Assembly (NCBI RefSeq): GCF_006345805.1
Contig: NC_043006.1
Coordinates: 51,460,001 to 51,524,000, forward strand
Direction: 5' to 3'
Length of the DNA stretch: 64,000 bases
Source: Octopus sinensis
Lineage: Eukaryota
Below are positions 1-13,250 of this stretch, in pieces. Below the pieces are notes generated by a model, which had not been told where the DNA came from, made no database searches, and saw nothing but the letters and a program-made list of their open reading frames with translations. Each line of letters begins with the position of its first letter. Within the stretch, counting starts at the first letter, position 1. Made by a program: the position numbers and the translations under genes.

Positions 1-3000
1 TAATTCTAAGTACTTGGATCGATTCACGTGACTAAAATTCAAGGCAGTGCCTCAACATGACTGAAACAAGTAAGAAAAAGATAAAATATGACGTTTTTGG
101 ATTAAGAATTATATATATATATATATATACACACACATATAAATATATATATGTGTGTGTACATCATTCTATTGGTCTTTTCCTGTACCAGCTATGTCTG
201 TTAATTTGTCCGTCTCTCTCAATCTCTCTACTTTCCGTCCCTCCAGCCGACAAATTTATCACTCATAGGGATAAGTTGTCTCCCTTGCTCCATTATACTG
301 AAATGCCTCGTATAACTTTTATTACAAAATTAGTTTGCTTCTGTAATGAACCAAACATGTTCGCTAAAATCTTGTTTTCTTATGTAGCAAGACAGAATTG
401 AACGGAATTTTTTGCCTGTCTATCAATCAGGCATGGGGGTCCGTTATTTTGTGTAAATTTTTTCCACTCTCACAACCTGTCTTGTTTGAATCAAAAAGCT
501 GTCCACATTCATTGGTTATACTTCATCTATTTTTCTGTTAAGTATAATGCTCTATAAAGTTCATCTCTGTTTTGTTTTGTCCATTGAACTGTGCAAGCTT
601 TTATTATTCCATAAATCTGTATACACCATTTGCAACACGCTCCCCACTGTCACTCACCTTTACATATCAAATCCTCATGTCTACAGTTACTTTTACCCAG
701 AAGATAGTTTGCTTTCTATCTTTTTTAATCACTCTGCTTCAGTCTTCTATCACTTGCCTTAAGGTATAACATTTTAATACTTTTAAAATTTCATACCTAA
801 TGCTTAATTTCATCTACGTTGATTATAATTAAAAGCCTACATTGAGGACATATCAGGATGAGCTAGTTGTAAGCTGCCTCTATCCGGTACCCATATCACT
901 TGGTCTTTTCATCATCTATTTTTATATTGCACTTCCAATGACCTGCAATAGCTCACTGGAATATTATCCACCACTACAAATTTTTCATACCAATTGCTGA
1001 CTAATAACGAACGTGTAAGCTAAACACAAACAGAATTGATCTCATCAACTTTGGAGGGTCAACAAAGGTAATGGGTGCTGGACACTTCTTCCAGTCTAAA
1101 ACAATTTCTTCATCCATGGACAATGAAAACATTTTTCACTAAGAAAGTGCATGTCGTAACTTCTACAGTTACATACAAGAAGCTTGATATTTATTATTTA
1201 CCTTTGACAAGGTTAAATAAAATATTTTAGAGTTGGACTAAGTTTCTATGAATTGTTTTTCAAATATTACACAAGATTACATTTCTTATGAAACCTCCTT
1301 GTTCTTACATCAACAAATTTCTGCTTCACATTGTGCATTCTTAATTTGATCAGATTGGACCAATGCCTCTCATTCATTCCTTGTAATGAGAGTAGTGCTG
1401 TTTCCATGTTGTAATTTCTGTTGTAGAACCACCATTACTCCAAACTTGTTCATTAATGGAAAATAGTGCACAATGTTAATGTACTATTGATGCAAAAGTA
1501 CTTTATATTTTACGAATGTGAGGATAGTGTAATTATGTGATAACTAAACAATAAATGGGGCAAAGATAATTAAAATATTTCTTTAGAAAAGGAGAGTTTT
1601 AAACCTGATTTAAGTGTTTGTATCTTCTATCTACAATTCCATTCGATTGTGAGTAATATGTCTTATAAGCATTGTACCCAATTTTCTTTAGCCAAGAGCA
1701 TAGATCATCAACATGAAATTCTTAAGTATTATCAAATACTAAAATATTTTACATAACATTTTCAGATAAAATTACACATAAAACTTGTTTTATTGCAGAA
1801 CACTTCCTATCAGAAATACAAATAACTCCTGCTTAAACTGAAATGGTATTAACTAGTATAAGCAATAATTCAAAACCACACACTCAATTATTTGTTTGTT
1901 ATTAACAGCTGATGTGGATTTAATGTAAAGTTAGCAGGTGGCCACAACCCTGTCACTCTCACAACACAGATAGCCAGAGATGAGAAGAGGTTGTGTAAGA
2001 CATCGACAGCCTCAGACACACACAGAAAAGGAAAATGTAAAAAATTATAAAGTGTAAACATATTCAGTAATGAAATCCTAAAAGCTCAGAGAGAAGCAGT
2101 CATATGACAATTATGTAACACTTGAAACTGAACTTGAGTCTGAAATCATTCATGAAAAGTGGGAAAAAATAGTGTAATTATCTACACACATAAACCAGTC
2201 AATCTGAGTAAATGTTAAGATCAAAGAGAGGTGAATCTGCTTAATAAACGGCCAGTTTAATAATTGTGTTTGAGCTCTAATTGTGGAGGGAATCTTTGCA
2301 AGGGGTTGACCAAGGAAGGTGTACTGTCGAATATTCTACAGTCACATGCTTGATGTGACCTTAAAAGAACAAGTGCAGAACAAGTGGTGCATCATAATGA
2401 AGTACCAGGATTAGATAATACTCACAATCAGTTACATTGATCATGGTAGAATCCACAGACCCATACTCAAAACATATTTTATATTGAATGCTGATTAAGT
2501 TGGTTGCTGCTATTTATAAGATTTAAAGGAACTTAAGTTACTGTGCATGATAATGAACTGGCTAGTACTGCTAGTTGTAGGTCCTCATTAAAGTATAACA
2601 GATTATCCCTTTTGTTTATTGTTGCTATTCACTATTTTAGTTTACATATCTAAGGAGTAGTATCTTTTATATAGTCTAAAGATAAGAGTTTCTCAAACCT
2701 AATTTCTGCATATAATATTGCAGTCTCGGCAATATTCATTAAAAACAAGTTAGACTTGATCTTAATAGAAGCAAAGAAGCTGCTGCTAGGCAACGACCAT
2801 CCAAAAATGGATATTATAACAAACCAGTAGAAGACTGAAAATGTCAAAACAACCTTGTTGCCAAATTCTACTTTATCAATGAAGTTGTGATAAACAACTA
2901 CAGAATATCTAAGCTAAGATTCAAAACTAAATCCACATTATCAAATAAGTCATCAGCCTATTTTTGCACAAAGAGATTAATGTGAATAGGTTGACCTCTC

Positions 3001-4545
3001 AGACCTTTTTGAGTTATTCAAGGGTGAAACCTGATATTGAAGAACCCCATTGTTCTCAGCTGACTTAATTAAACTAACAAAAATATAAATACACAAGTCA
3101 GATTGCTCTCACTCTCTTTTGGTAATTTGGTGCCTACCAAGATTATGGCTATTTCCTTCACCTGGTATGAGTGTGAGAACACAACTGTTACTCTATCTAC
3201 TTTGACTAACTTACTCTTTCTATCTCTAAGAGTCGCAGAGACGAAAATAACTACTATCATACAGAATGAACCAGAGATCTACAAACAAGTTGCACACACA
3301 CAAGCAACTTGACAAAGTTGTATATTTCTTATATATTGTAATGACTAATATTATAATTAATCTTAATAAATGGCCATTTTAATAATTGTGTTTGAGCTTT
3401 AATTGTGGAGAGAATCTGTGGAAGGGGTTGACCCAGGAAGATGTGGGACAAAGTGGTGAGAAAGGATCTTCAGACACTGTGTCTCAGTGAAAAAAAAATG
3501 ACAAGAGATTGGGAGTTGTGGCCATAAGAAAACATGTCAAGCCAAGTAAAATTGCTGTAGTTCATACACACAGGCTTGTTCTATACAGATGCTAGTGCTG
3601 CATAAATGTACCTATGCTGGTGGCACGTAAAAAGCGCCCAGCACACTCTATAAAGTGGTTAGTGTTAGGAAGGGCATCCAGCTGTAGAAACCATAGCACA
3701 GCAGACAATTTGGAGTCTGGAAAGCTCCTGCCAAACTGCCCAATCCATGCCAGCATGGAAAACACACATTAGATGATGACAATGATTCATTTTTCTTATG
3801 CATCTTCATACTAAATTCTGTCATTACATTTGGTGACCCTTGACTAAAGAACTGTATATCTTCATTACATTTTTAAACTGTAACAAAGTAATATGCCAAC
3901 TGATACTGGCACTAAGACCAAGCTACAGGATTGCTTGAACTGCCTCAGATGCATCAAGCAACAGGACTCTCTATTTTCAAGTTTGTGTAAGTTTGGTAGT
4001 AAGTTTGGTAAGGAGACAATTTTATTTACCAATATATTTTAGTATTTTCAGTGGGAAATCAATTTTGAAAATGACCAATTCAACTCTCCAGAAAATATTA
4101 TTCAACTAATTTGTGATTTAGAAAAAATTTTAATGTACATATAAATGTGAATATTTTGTCACAAATTTTAGTGTTAAGATTTTAAATGAAATGAATATCT
4201 CAGTTATTTGTTCTTTTTTAAAATCTAAAGAATGTTTTCAACAAATCATCTCAATAGTTTGCTCCTATATATTTCTCTTTAATTTAAGGTTGGCTTTTGA
4301 ATAAGAACTTTCTACAGGTTTTCTCTTTTATAAGATTTTGTTGCACCAACATAATTCACAGTGAAAATTTTCTGTCCAGTTTGTACTCAGTTGTAAATTC
4401 ATTTGTTAACTACAAGCTTAAAATTCATAAATAAGGATTTCCGAAATATTTTAGAGAGGGGACAGAATCATTTCTGGCATGGTTCACAATGATGTTTTCC
4501 CAGTGTGTAAATTTGTTGGATGGACTAAAAGTTTGCAAGAGAATC

Positions 4546-5421
4546 TCACGTTTCACTGTTAAAAGTCTTGGCTCCAGCGTGTATCCGTATGTGTCTTTTT
4601 AACAAACTCTTACTTATAAACGATTTCCTACATATGTCACAGTGGAAAGGTTTTTCTCCAGTATGACTACGTTTGTGAACTATAAGACTAGAATTCTGAG
4701 TAAAAGATTTATCACATAGCTCACATTGGAAGGGTTTTTCCCCAGTATGTATTCGTTTGTGTGTTTTTAAATCACTGTTAGAGACAAAAGATTTTCCACA
4801 TATTTCACAGGGATACGGTTTTTCTCCAGTGTGACAACGTTTATGAACGGTAAGTTTAGAATTTTCTATGAAAGACTTCCCGCATATATCACAGTGAAAA
4901 GGATTCTCTCCCGTGTGGATTCGTTTATGTTTCGTTAAATTACTGTTATAGACAAAATATTTCCCGCATATTTCACAGTTATAAGGTTTTTCTCCCGTAT
5001 GTATCCTTTTATGAACTATAAGACTAGACTTTACAGAGAAAGATTTCCCACATATTTCACAAAGGAAAGGTTTCTCCCCCGTGTGGATCGTTTTGTGGGT
5101 TACAAGGTTCGAATACTGAGTACAGGATTTCCCACAAGTTTCACAATGGTGTAGTTTTTCTCCAGTATGTATTGTTCTGTGTGTTGTTAAATGACCATTA
5201 GTAATAAATGATTTTCCACATATCTCACATCGATACGGTTTTTCTCCGGTGTGACTACGTATGTGGATTGTAAGCTTAGAATTCTCACTGAAGTATTTCC
5301 CACAGATTTCACAGTGAAGACTTTTACGCGAACGTTTCTCTTCGCTGCACGTCTTTGCAACTGATTTTCTATTGCTGAAAACATTCGTTTTGTAAGTGTC
5401 CAAGTGATTAACTTCTGCCAT
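4546..5421 (-). CDS. C2H2 zinc-finger protein, type A (A1), 9 fingers
   Basis: 291-aa ORF, 9 CxxC-x12-HxxxH repeats with TGEKP linkers; N-terminus MAEVNH shared with A2/A3. Confidence 0.93.
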   Translation of the reverse strand: MAEVNHLDTYKTNVFSNRKSVAKTCSEEKRSRKSLHCEICGKYFSENSKLTIHIRSHTGEKPYRCEICGKSFITNGHLTTHRTIHTGEKLHHCETCGKSCTQYSNLVTHKTIHTGEKPFLCEICGKSFSVKSSLIVHKRIHTGEKPYNCEICGKYFVYNSNLTKHKRIHTGENPFHCDICGKSFIENSKLTVHKRCHTGEKPYPCEICGKSFVSNSDLKTHKRIHTGEKPFQCELCDKSFTQNSSLIVHKRSHTGEKPFHCDICRKSFISKSLLKRHIRIHAGAKTFNSET

Positions 5422-5440
5422 GTTAATTCACCTTTAATTC

Positions 5441-5556
5441 CTAAAATACAAGAAATGTCTGTGAGTATAAGCTATTATGCTTCAGTTTATTTTGAATATC
5501 ACGGGATACTATTTGCACGAGTTAAAAATATGCAATATATCTATTTATTTACTTAC
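5441..5556 (-). other. putative short 5'-UTR intron of A1
   Basis: Minus-strand GTAAGT at 5556-5551 and pyrimidine tract + AG at 5442-5441; equivalent pair upstream of A2 (28743-28659) and acceptor at 40644-40645 for A3. Confidence 0.55.
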
Positions 5557-6213
5557 CACTGGAATGTTTGTTGTTGAATGCATCTATCGTCGTGAGAGAC
5601 ACATTTTTGACGATACACAACAAAATAAAAGCACATAAATTTGAATATCAAAGATTCGCCCATTGGTTGGTAATTAAAACCATTTCATGAAAGCTAATCG
5701 CTCATTGGCTGCTCATTAATACATGTTTGGCCTGGCGTGTTAAATAAGGATGTATAACAAAGATGTGACGAAAATAAAATATTTAGTCATGCAGATGATG
5801 GATCACCAATCTATTCTCAAACACTGAAGTTCTCTCGACATGAGATAATGCTATACGTGATCGTTTAGGCGGTGTCATTAAAAATGTTTTCCACTATTAA
5901 ATGATACCGGTGACATAAATTAAAAGTCCTTAACATAAATTAATACCGCTAAAACGTCTTTAGTTACACCAATTTCTATCCAGCTCATGGAAAATTAAAA
6001 ATAAAACGCCACCCAGCAAATTAACTCCATTGTTCGACTAGCTAGAAATAACAAATAAATACTCCTTCATCGTCCTGTATGATACATTTGACAATGAAGT
6101 TCTAGATGTGGCCCAAAATACACAGAAACAAACACATGTACAGTAGGCGTGCTTTCCGTTTCTCCGTTATCGTTTTGGTTGACTGTTGAGCATCACCAAA
6201 TATCAAACAAACG

Positions 6214-6349
6214 GGCGAACCTTCGGTATATGTACCGGATACGTTTCAAAAAAGTGATTTTTTTATATATGGGGGGGGGGAGAAAGGGGCTTCTATTATC
6301 TTCAGAAATGTAAACAAAGTCACGTGTGTACATATTCCGAAGCATCGCC
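6214..6349. mobile_element. GG...CC palindromic MITE (Merlin-like)
   Basis: TIRs GGCGAxxCTTCGGTATATGTAC / GTACATATTCCGAAGCATCGCC; perfect 8-bp TSD AACAAACG (6206-6213, 6350-6357). Confidence 0.8.
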
Positions 6350-6854
6350 AACAAACGCTGTCTTAGCAATGTCATTTGTAACATATTACCGTAAATATTA
6401 AACACCGAAAGTGTTTATCCCTATTAACATTGTAGACTTTCGTTGCCACCTCTGACTTTTCGCTATTCCAATTCTATTTTTCTATTTTTATTCCACTATT
6501 GAAAACCTGAATTACATTTTATAATACAACCTGCCTTCTCGTCTTCTTTTGAGATATTCAGGAGACCCTGGCCACTGACAACGTAGTTTTTATCATTGAC
6601 GTCTTACCGGAGTATCAAATGATGCAATCAAGGGGTACTTAGTTGTTCCAAGTGTCTTTGCCTTGCCATCACCCGCCTGTTTTGGATACTGTAAAACGTT
6701 TTGGGGGAAAATGTCAGCCTTCCCTGTTTGTGTGTGTTACTGAAGGAGTGTAGGATCTTCCTTTTGACTCATTTTGATTGTTATTATCCATTTACCTTTG
6801 TAAATACTAGTCTTAATACAATGCTTGTAATGTTTAAGAAATTAGTTATAATCC

Positions 6855-7040
6855 GGATATTAAATTCAAATAAGTCCGGACTGGTCGGTGCGTTGTGTTC
6901 TTGAGCAAAAACACTTCTTTTCGCGTTGCTCCAGTCCATTCAGCTGGCAAAAGTGAGTAGACTTATGACAGACCAGCGTCCCATTCAAGGAGGAATATAT
7001 CCACCAGAGAAGCCGGGAAACTGGCTTTGTGCTCCTTACG
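6855..7040 (+). mobile_element. SINE family 3 fragment
   Basis: GGTGCGTTGTGTTCTTGAGCAAAACACTT...CTCCAGTCCATTCAGCTG core; related copy at ~44385-44560. Confidence 0.55.
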
Positions 7041-7395
7041 AAGTAATGTGGAGTAGCTACTAAGTTTACTAAAAATTCCCGTTGAAAACCGCAAGACATT
7101 TCATGGGTTTTATGGAGAATGATTTTATTAGTTGATGTAAAACATGCAAGTATCTTTTGTAGTTACTTCAACTGTTGATTCCAACATATTTATTTCTCTT
7201 ACACTATTATTTTTATACTAATTTCTATTCATTCTACCAATCATTAAAGGTAAATTTTGAAGACAGCTACTTAGAATTCTATATTTACTTCGGATATTTT
7301 TTATTGCTATCCATAAAAAGTAATATTAATCAGGTCATTGTTCAGTCACAACTGTCCATCAAGTTAACTATTATTATTGATTGATTGAAGGTCTA

Positions 7396-8187
7396 TCTCT
7401 CTATATATAAACGGCAGTTTGTCTGTCTGTCTGTGTGTCTGTCAGGTTGTACCCTCACCCTGACCACGGCTTTCAACCGATTCTGATGAAACTTGACACA
7501 CACGTAGCCCAATGTCATAATTCAAAACTAACGCAGCGAAAATTTTGAAAAGTTCCCCCAGTTCTGAAAAAAAATCGATAAATTCGACATGGGTCGTGAA
7601 TCTAAGCTTTTTATATGCAACACATTTTCTACAGACTGTCTAGGGGACGCAACTCGACCTTTTTAACTCTCGGAACACGTGGGGTAAGTATCCCAAAATG
7701 TATAAAAATGTACAAAATCGGCAAAAAAGCGGGCAGCAATGTGAGTGACAACAACGAAAAAGTCAAAAGTGACCAAACTGAACAAACGAATGGAAAAGGT
7801 TTTTTGATGCACACGACAAAAGCAGTTTATAATAAACCAAGAGTTTGCAAGTAGCGTCCGAGGACCCTTAGGGTACATCAAAAATTTAAGGTAAAACGTT
7901 TAGGGTGGTAGTTATAAAGAAAGTGTAAACAAAAAAAGTATTCGAATAACTTGCGGCTGCAGCAGCTGTTAGCAGAAGTGGGTAAAGTCTCGAATGTAAT
8001 TTCTTCCTGGTAGGAATTGGTTGGGTTGAATTATCGATAGCTGTTTGATAGTTATTTGGGAGTGAAGAGAAGACGTTGCAACCTACACATGCGCCTTCGT
8101 TTCCTAGAGGGAAAGGACTAGATTGGGATTAGTTGTTGCCTACTAGGGTCTCTTACATACCCGGGCAACGCCGGGCTATGCTGCTAG
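7396..8187 (+). mobile_element. non-autonomous Helitron
   Basis: 5' TC after A, 3' GC-rich hairpin (CCCGGGCAACGCCGGG) then CTAG before T. Confidence 0.85.
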
Positions 8188-9239
8188 TATTAGATATTTT
8201 CTAATGATATTCTTGTCATTGTTTTTTTTTTTTTTTGGTTAATCTAATATAGAATTTGTAACACTTTTTAAAACTACTTTCTTTTGATTATAAACCTGCT
8301 CAGAGTTGATTAGGGGCTAAACAACAACACCCTGCATTTGATCATAGGTTGTTAGACTTACTTGGAATAGCAGCCAAGTTTCTACTATCATGAAGATAGA
8401 GGGAGAGAGGGGGGAGGGAGAGAAAGAGAGAGAGAGAGGCAGGATTGTTTCTGTTGGAACGCATTTGTTTTAGATTTGCTCACTCAGGGTTGAGTTGGGG
8501 TTAAATAAATCACTAAGTTAGCCTTGGTGTGGTCTCTCTTATAGTCAAATTCCCCTGAAATTACACCCATCTTGAAATAAAAGGGCTATATTGGATGATA
8601 TAGTCCTAGATACATATGCTCAAGAGAAGAATGGAATAGACATGACTAAAATATTTTTGATTATAGGTCTGGTGTAAGGCAGTGAGCTGGCAGAATTGTT
8701 GGCACATTGGACAAAATGCTTAGTGGCACTTCATTTGTATTTATGTTCTTAGGTCAACTTTGCCTTCAATCCTCTCAGAGTCAGTAAAATAAGTACCAGT
8801 TAAGCACTGGATCGATGTAATCAACTAGTTTCCACTCCAAAAATTTCAGGTCTTATGCCTATAGAAGAAAGGATTACAAGTCTGTTGAGTTGACAAGCCT
8901 GGACTAAACAGCTACAAAAAATTCTGTTGTTTAACATATATGATGTTAAATGCTCTAAAAAGTGTAGCTACAGTTTACAAATATATTAGAATTCGCAAAA
9001 AGTTGGGTTATGTAATTTTAATAATGAATTTTAAAAGTTCAAATTGTTCAGTCAAATATAATATGTGACAATTAGTTGGTTGTCATAATAAAACTCAGGG
9101 TTCGGATGCCGGGGATGAAGTCTGCTCCGGCATCTCATCAGTCGTTAAGACAAACAAAAACGCCATGAAAAAATCCGTTAAATAAAGGGAAATTACTCCA
9201 ATAGGTATGGAAAAGTAAAACTTCCTATATAGAATCCGC

Positions 9240-9950
9240 ATATGCACACATACATGTACGCACACACACACACATATACGTATGTATATATATATATATA
9301 TTATATATATATATACACACACACACACATACTCACACACGCATGTACATATACATACAAACACAGATATACGTATATATATCTACGCATGCACGCACAT
9401 ACACACGTATATATATCTCCCCATGCACGCATCACTACGCTCATATACACATTTCTACACACGCACACGCATACATACGCGGATATACAAAACGTAGTTT
9501 ATACGCACATGCATATACATACGTGGATAGACATATATACAAATAAAAACACATGCGCAAAAACGCACACATCATTATGTTCATATACACATCTATATAT
9601 ACACATACATACGGGGGAATGCAAAACGGAGTCTATACGCGCATGCACATACATACGCGGATAGACGTATATACAAATAAAAACACATGCGCAAAAAACA
9701 TTAACCGTAAAACATTCACATTCACCGCAAAACTTGAATATACAAATTAGTTATATATGTATATACACAAATACGCCCTCCTGTCTGTCAAACACATCTA
9801 CACCTGCAGATATATAAACGTATATACATACATATATGTATGAAGGAAGGAGACAAATACAACAGGTAGAGTCTTGCACTCGTATATATACAATCATTCG
9901 TACACATGTATATATGCATGCACATACACATTAGGTATATACTACACGCG
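9240..9950. repeat. CA/TA-rich cryptic microsatellite/minisatellite
   Basis: Alternating purine-pyrimidine runs with a duplicated ~65-bp unit (~9500-9565, ~9635-9700). Confidence 0.8.
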
Positions 9951-10551
9951 TATAAGTTACACAATTATAAAGGGTGAAAAATAATATACAGAAAAAATAT
10001 AAAGCAATAGAATATATGTAAGAAATATATAAGAGATGTTAAGACATATGAAAGGCTTATACATATATAACTCATTTGTCTATTCACGTTTTGCGGCGAA
10101 TGGGAATGTTTTACGGTTTATGTTTTATGCGTATGTGTATTTATTTGTATATACGTCTATCTTTTCGCGGTCCCAATTGATTTGTCTTATTTATTTATTT
10201 GTACTGTGGTGCACCTGAGCTCTATACACAATTAGTTCATTATTACGTTTTTCGGTTTTGCATCATTGAAATATTAAATGTAATTGTTTTTAATTTACTG
10301 ACAATTTCAACAGATTTTACTACAAAAGTGATATATTCCTTCTTCAGATATTCGTAGATGGAGTCGCAGTGACTCCATCTAAGAATATCTGAAGAAGGAT
10401 TATTATTCCGAAATATCATATCAGACTATGGATGACTAAATTACAACAGGTAAATAGCCCATTGTCTATATCATAGTGCATTGTTGTACCATTGAAAACT
10501 TTTTATTCTTTACAAACAATACACAATGCTTCAAGCGAACTACAATACTCT

Positions 10552-10553
<2 letters not shown>

Positions 10554-10623
<70 letters not shown>
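10554..10623. repeat. (TA)n microsatellite
   Basis: Long TA run; similar runs at ~14185-14251, 14786-14843, 37228-37291, 37908-37949. Confidence 0.95.
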
Positions 10624-10629
<6 letters not shown>

Positions 10630-10654
10630 TGTATGTATGTTTATATATATATCG

Positions 10655-11245
10655 GCAAGCCCAAGTGAGAGCATAACCTCGTGGCCAGGGGTGTAACCAG
10701 CCTACTTATGCGCACCTCTCCTTCATTGGACACTAACTTTGCTTGCGAAGACCTGTTAAGGCAAGTGAAATCGAAATCAAATTCGATGATTGGCATCCGT
10801 GCTAGTGGACCGCTAAGAGTACCATACGAGCGTGATCGTTGCCAGAACAACAAACTGGCTTCCGTACTGGTGGCACGTAAAAAGCGCCATTCGAGCGTGA
10901 TCATTACCTGTGTAGCCTTACTGGCACTTGTGCTGGTGGCACGTGAAAAAACATTCGAGCGAGGTCGCTGCCAGTGTCACTAGACTGGCTCCTGTGTAGG
11001 TGGCACATAAAAAGCACCATTTGAGCGTGGCCGTTGCCAGTACCGTATGACTGGCCCTCGTGCCGGTGGCACGTAAAAGCACCCACTTAACTCTCGGAGT
11101 AGTTGGCGTTAGGAAGGGCATCCAGCTGTAGAAACTCTGCCAGATCAGATTGGAGTTTGGTACAGCTATCTGGTTCGCCAGGACCTCAGTCAAATCGTCC
11201 AACCCATGCTAGCATGGAAAGCGGACGTTAAACGATGATGATGAT
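10655..11245 (+). mobile_element. RTE-related element with diverged repeat array and (GAT)n tail
   Basis: Shares GGTGGCACGTAAAAGCACC units and GGAAGGGCATCC...CATGCTAGCATGGAAAGCGGACG end; older copies at ~3500-3786, ~18130-18367, ~25205-25408. Confidence 0.85.
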
Positions 11246-11255
11246 ATATATATAC

Positions 11256-11289
<34 letters not shown>

Positions 11290-13250
11290 ATATGTTCTGT
11301 CTCTGTTTATTTTCTCGTGTTCCTTTCTGTTGAAGAGCGTAGGCTCGAAACGTAAAAGACATTCTCACCTTCCCGAGCGTTAAACTAATACACCTGTTTG
11401 TTGTTTATACACCTGTCTTCCTCTCTTGTTTTAAATCTGTGCCAAGATTTAAATTCAATATAGCGTGTATATGTATTTATCTGACAGATTTTACGAAGCT
11501 ATTAATCATACTGCCCCCTTTTACAAACATGTGATGAAATCACTATTACAATGCCGTCTGAAAGTATTTCACATTGTTCAAAGCTCTTCCCAAAAGAGGA
11601 CACATTGGATAACTGTGTTTCTTCATACAACGACTATAAACAAAGAAGATTATGCAAGCCGAAATAAGTGGATGCAATACAAACAGGAATGCCGTTAAAT
11701 TTTAGAAAGAAGCAAACAACTGTTGTATGTTTCTTTGTAAGATTTAACGGCATTCGTGTTTGTATTGTAACCACTGATTTTGGTTTGCATAATTTTCTTT
11801 GTTTATAGTCGTAGTATGAAGAAATACCATTATCCAATGTGTCCTCTTTTGGGAAATTTACCCACTATTTCTGCCAGGCTGAGCGACCACGTAGAGGCTC
11901 CCTCTGTGTTGCTTCATAACCTTTGTGAATTTCTAATATACCACAACGTAAACAACACAGCAAAACGATCAGAGCAAGTTCTAGATAGGTATCTAACATT
12001 AAATTAACCATATGCAATTTTTCTATGCAAGATTGTTTACGTTTAATTCTTCCATTGTGTGTGACAATAGCATGTGGATTGTTTTTACTAATTCTTTTTT
12101 ATGTGAACTGTTTCAGTAGTAAGTAGATTACAATTCGTTGATCCGTTTGTTTGTGTTAGAAAGATCAACATTATTGTCTGTTAAGACTAGATTGTTGGAC
12201 AGTTCAGTAACTTCTATTGTATGCATAGTAAGCAACCTAAATGTAACACGTGCTGAACATTTATCGTCCTATTGCTAATAGAACATCGTTTTTAGCGATA
12301 TAATTGTACACCCTGGAAACGTGCTAACTCATCATTACAATTCCAGAAACATCCAATTATGTTTTGTAATAAACAAGGTTTTACAAGCCATCCCTGTTCT
12401 AGAATTTGTGCGAATTCATCCAGCTTACAACCTTTAGAAGTATAAACTCTCAGTTCAACTAATCAATTACATAGATCAGATTGTCTTACAAGTAGAACTG
12501 TCGTTCTTTGTATCAGTAATTTTTAAACCTCTCCTCTCACATATAATTCCACTGTCAACGCATCAGTTTCTGCTATCCTGGAGAGCTTTGTAAAGATGTC
12601 CTCTGAGGATTGATCATCAAAGTTTATTATTTGTCTCTGCTAAGAATGACACGCAGTTCACATATTTATGAGAAAGCTACCAGGTCATACTCGCTTGCAA
12701 GTGATGGCTAAACTTTAATATTTACTTTTTAGTTGGAATATGAAAAATAATGTAGATACATAGCTGAAATAAAAGACTGGACAGTCGTAAATTTTATTGA
12801 TCATTGTTGACTTGATGTAAAGAATATAAAACAGCTTCATCTTTCCCCCTTCTGGGATACAATGAAGTACCAATCAAATGCAGAAGTCTATATAATATTA
12901 AGGGGGTGAATTGTTAGAGTGTAGAGTAAAAAGCGATAATTGTTCTGCTTCTTTTTGCTCCAAGTTCAAATCCCACTGAAGTTAACTTTCAATCATACGA
13001 GGGCGATATAAAAGTAGAAGTCAAGTACTTGGATGGTACTTTGTTTATTGCCAGCAAATTAATTCGACTATTGGTTCTCTGCATTGGCTATATTGAAGGA
13101 GTCAAGAAAGAAGAGTTCGTATTGCGCTGCGTCAATCCTTCACCAAGACTCTGATTTGATAGGCATGAATGGGTTATAATAGATCAATATACGATAGGCA
13201 ATATTGCGGAAAGGAAAGGGATTTAATAAGAATTATTTCCCTTTAAATAT

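Noticed and set aside
9095-9750. ORFs rich in Y/I/H/T/C/V (also 57-401, 10476, 14681, 37015, 63191)
   Set aside because: Translations of dinucleotide microsatellites
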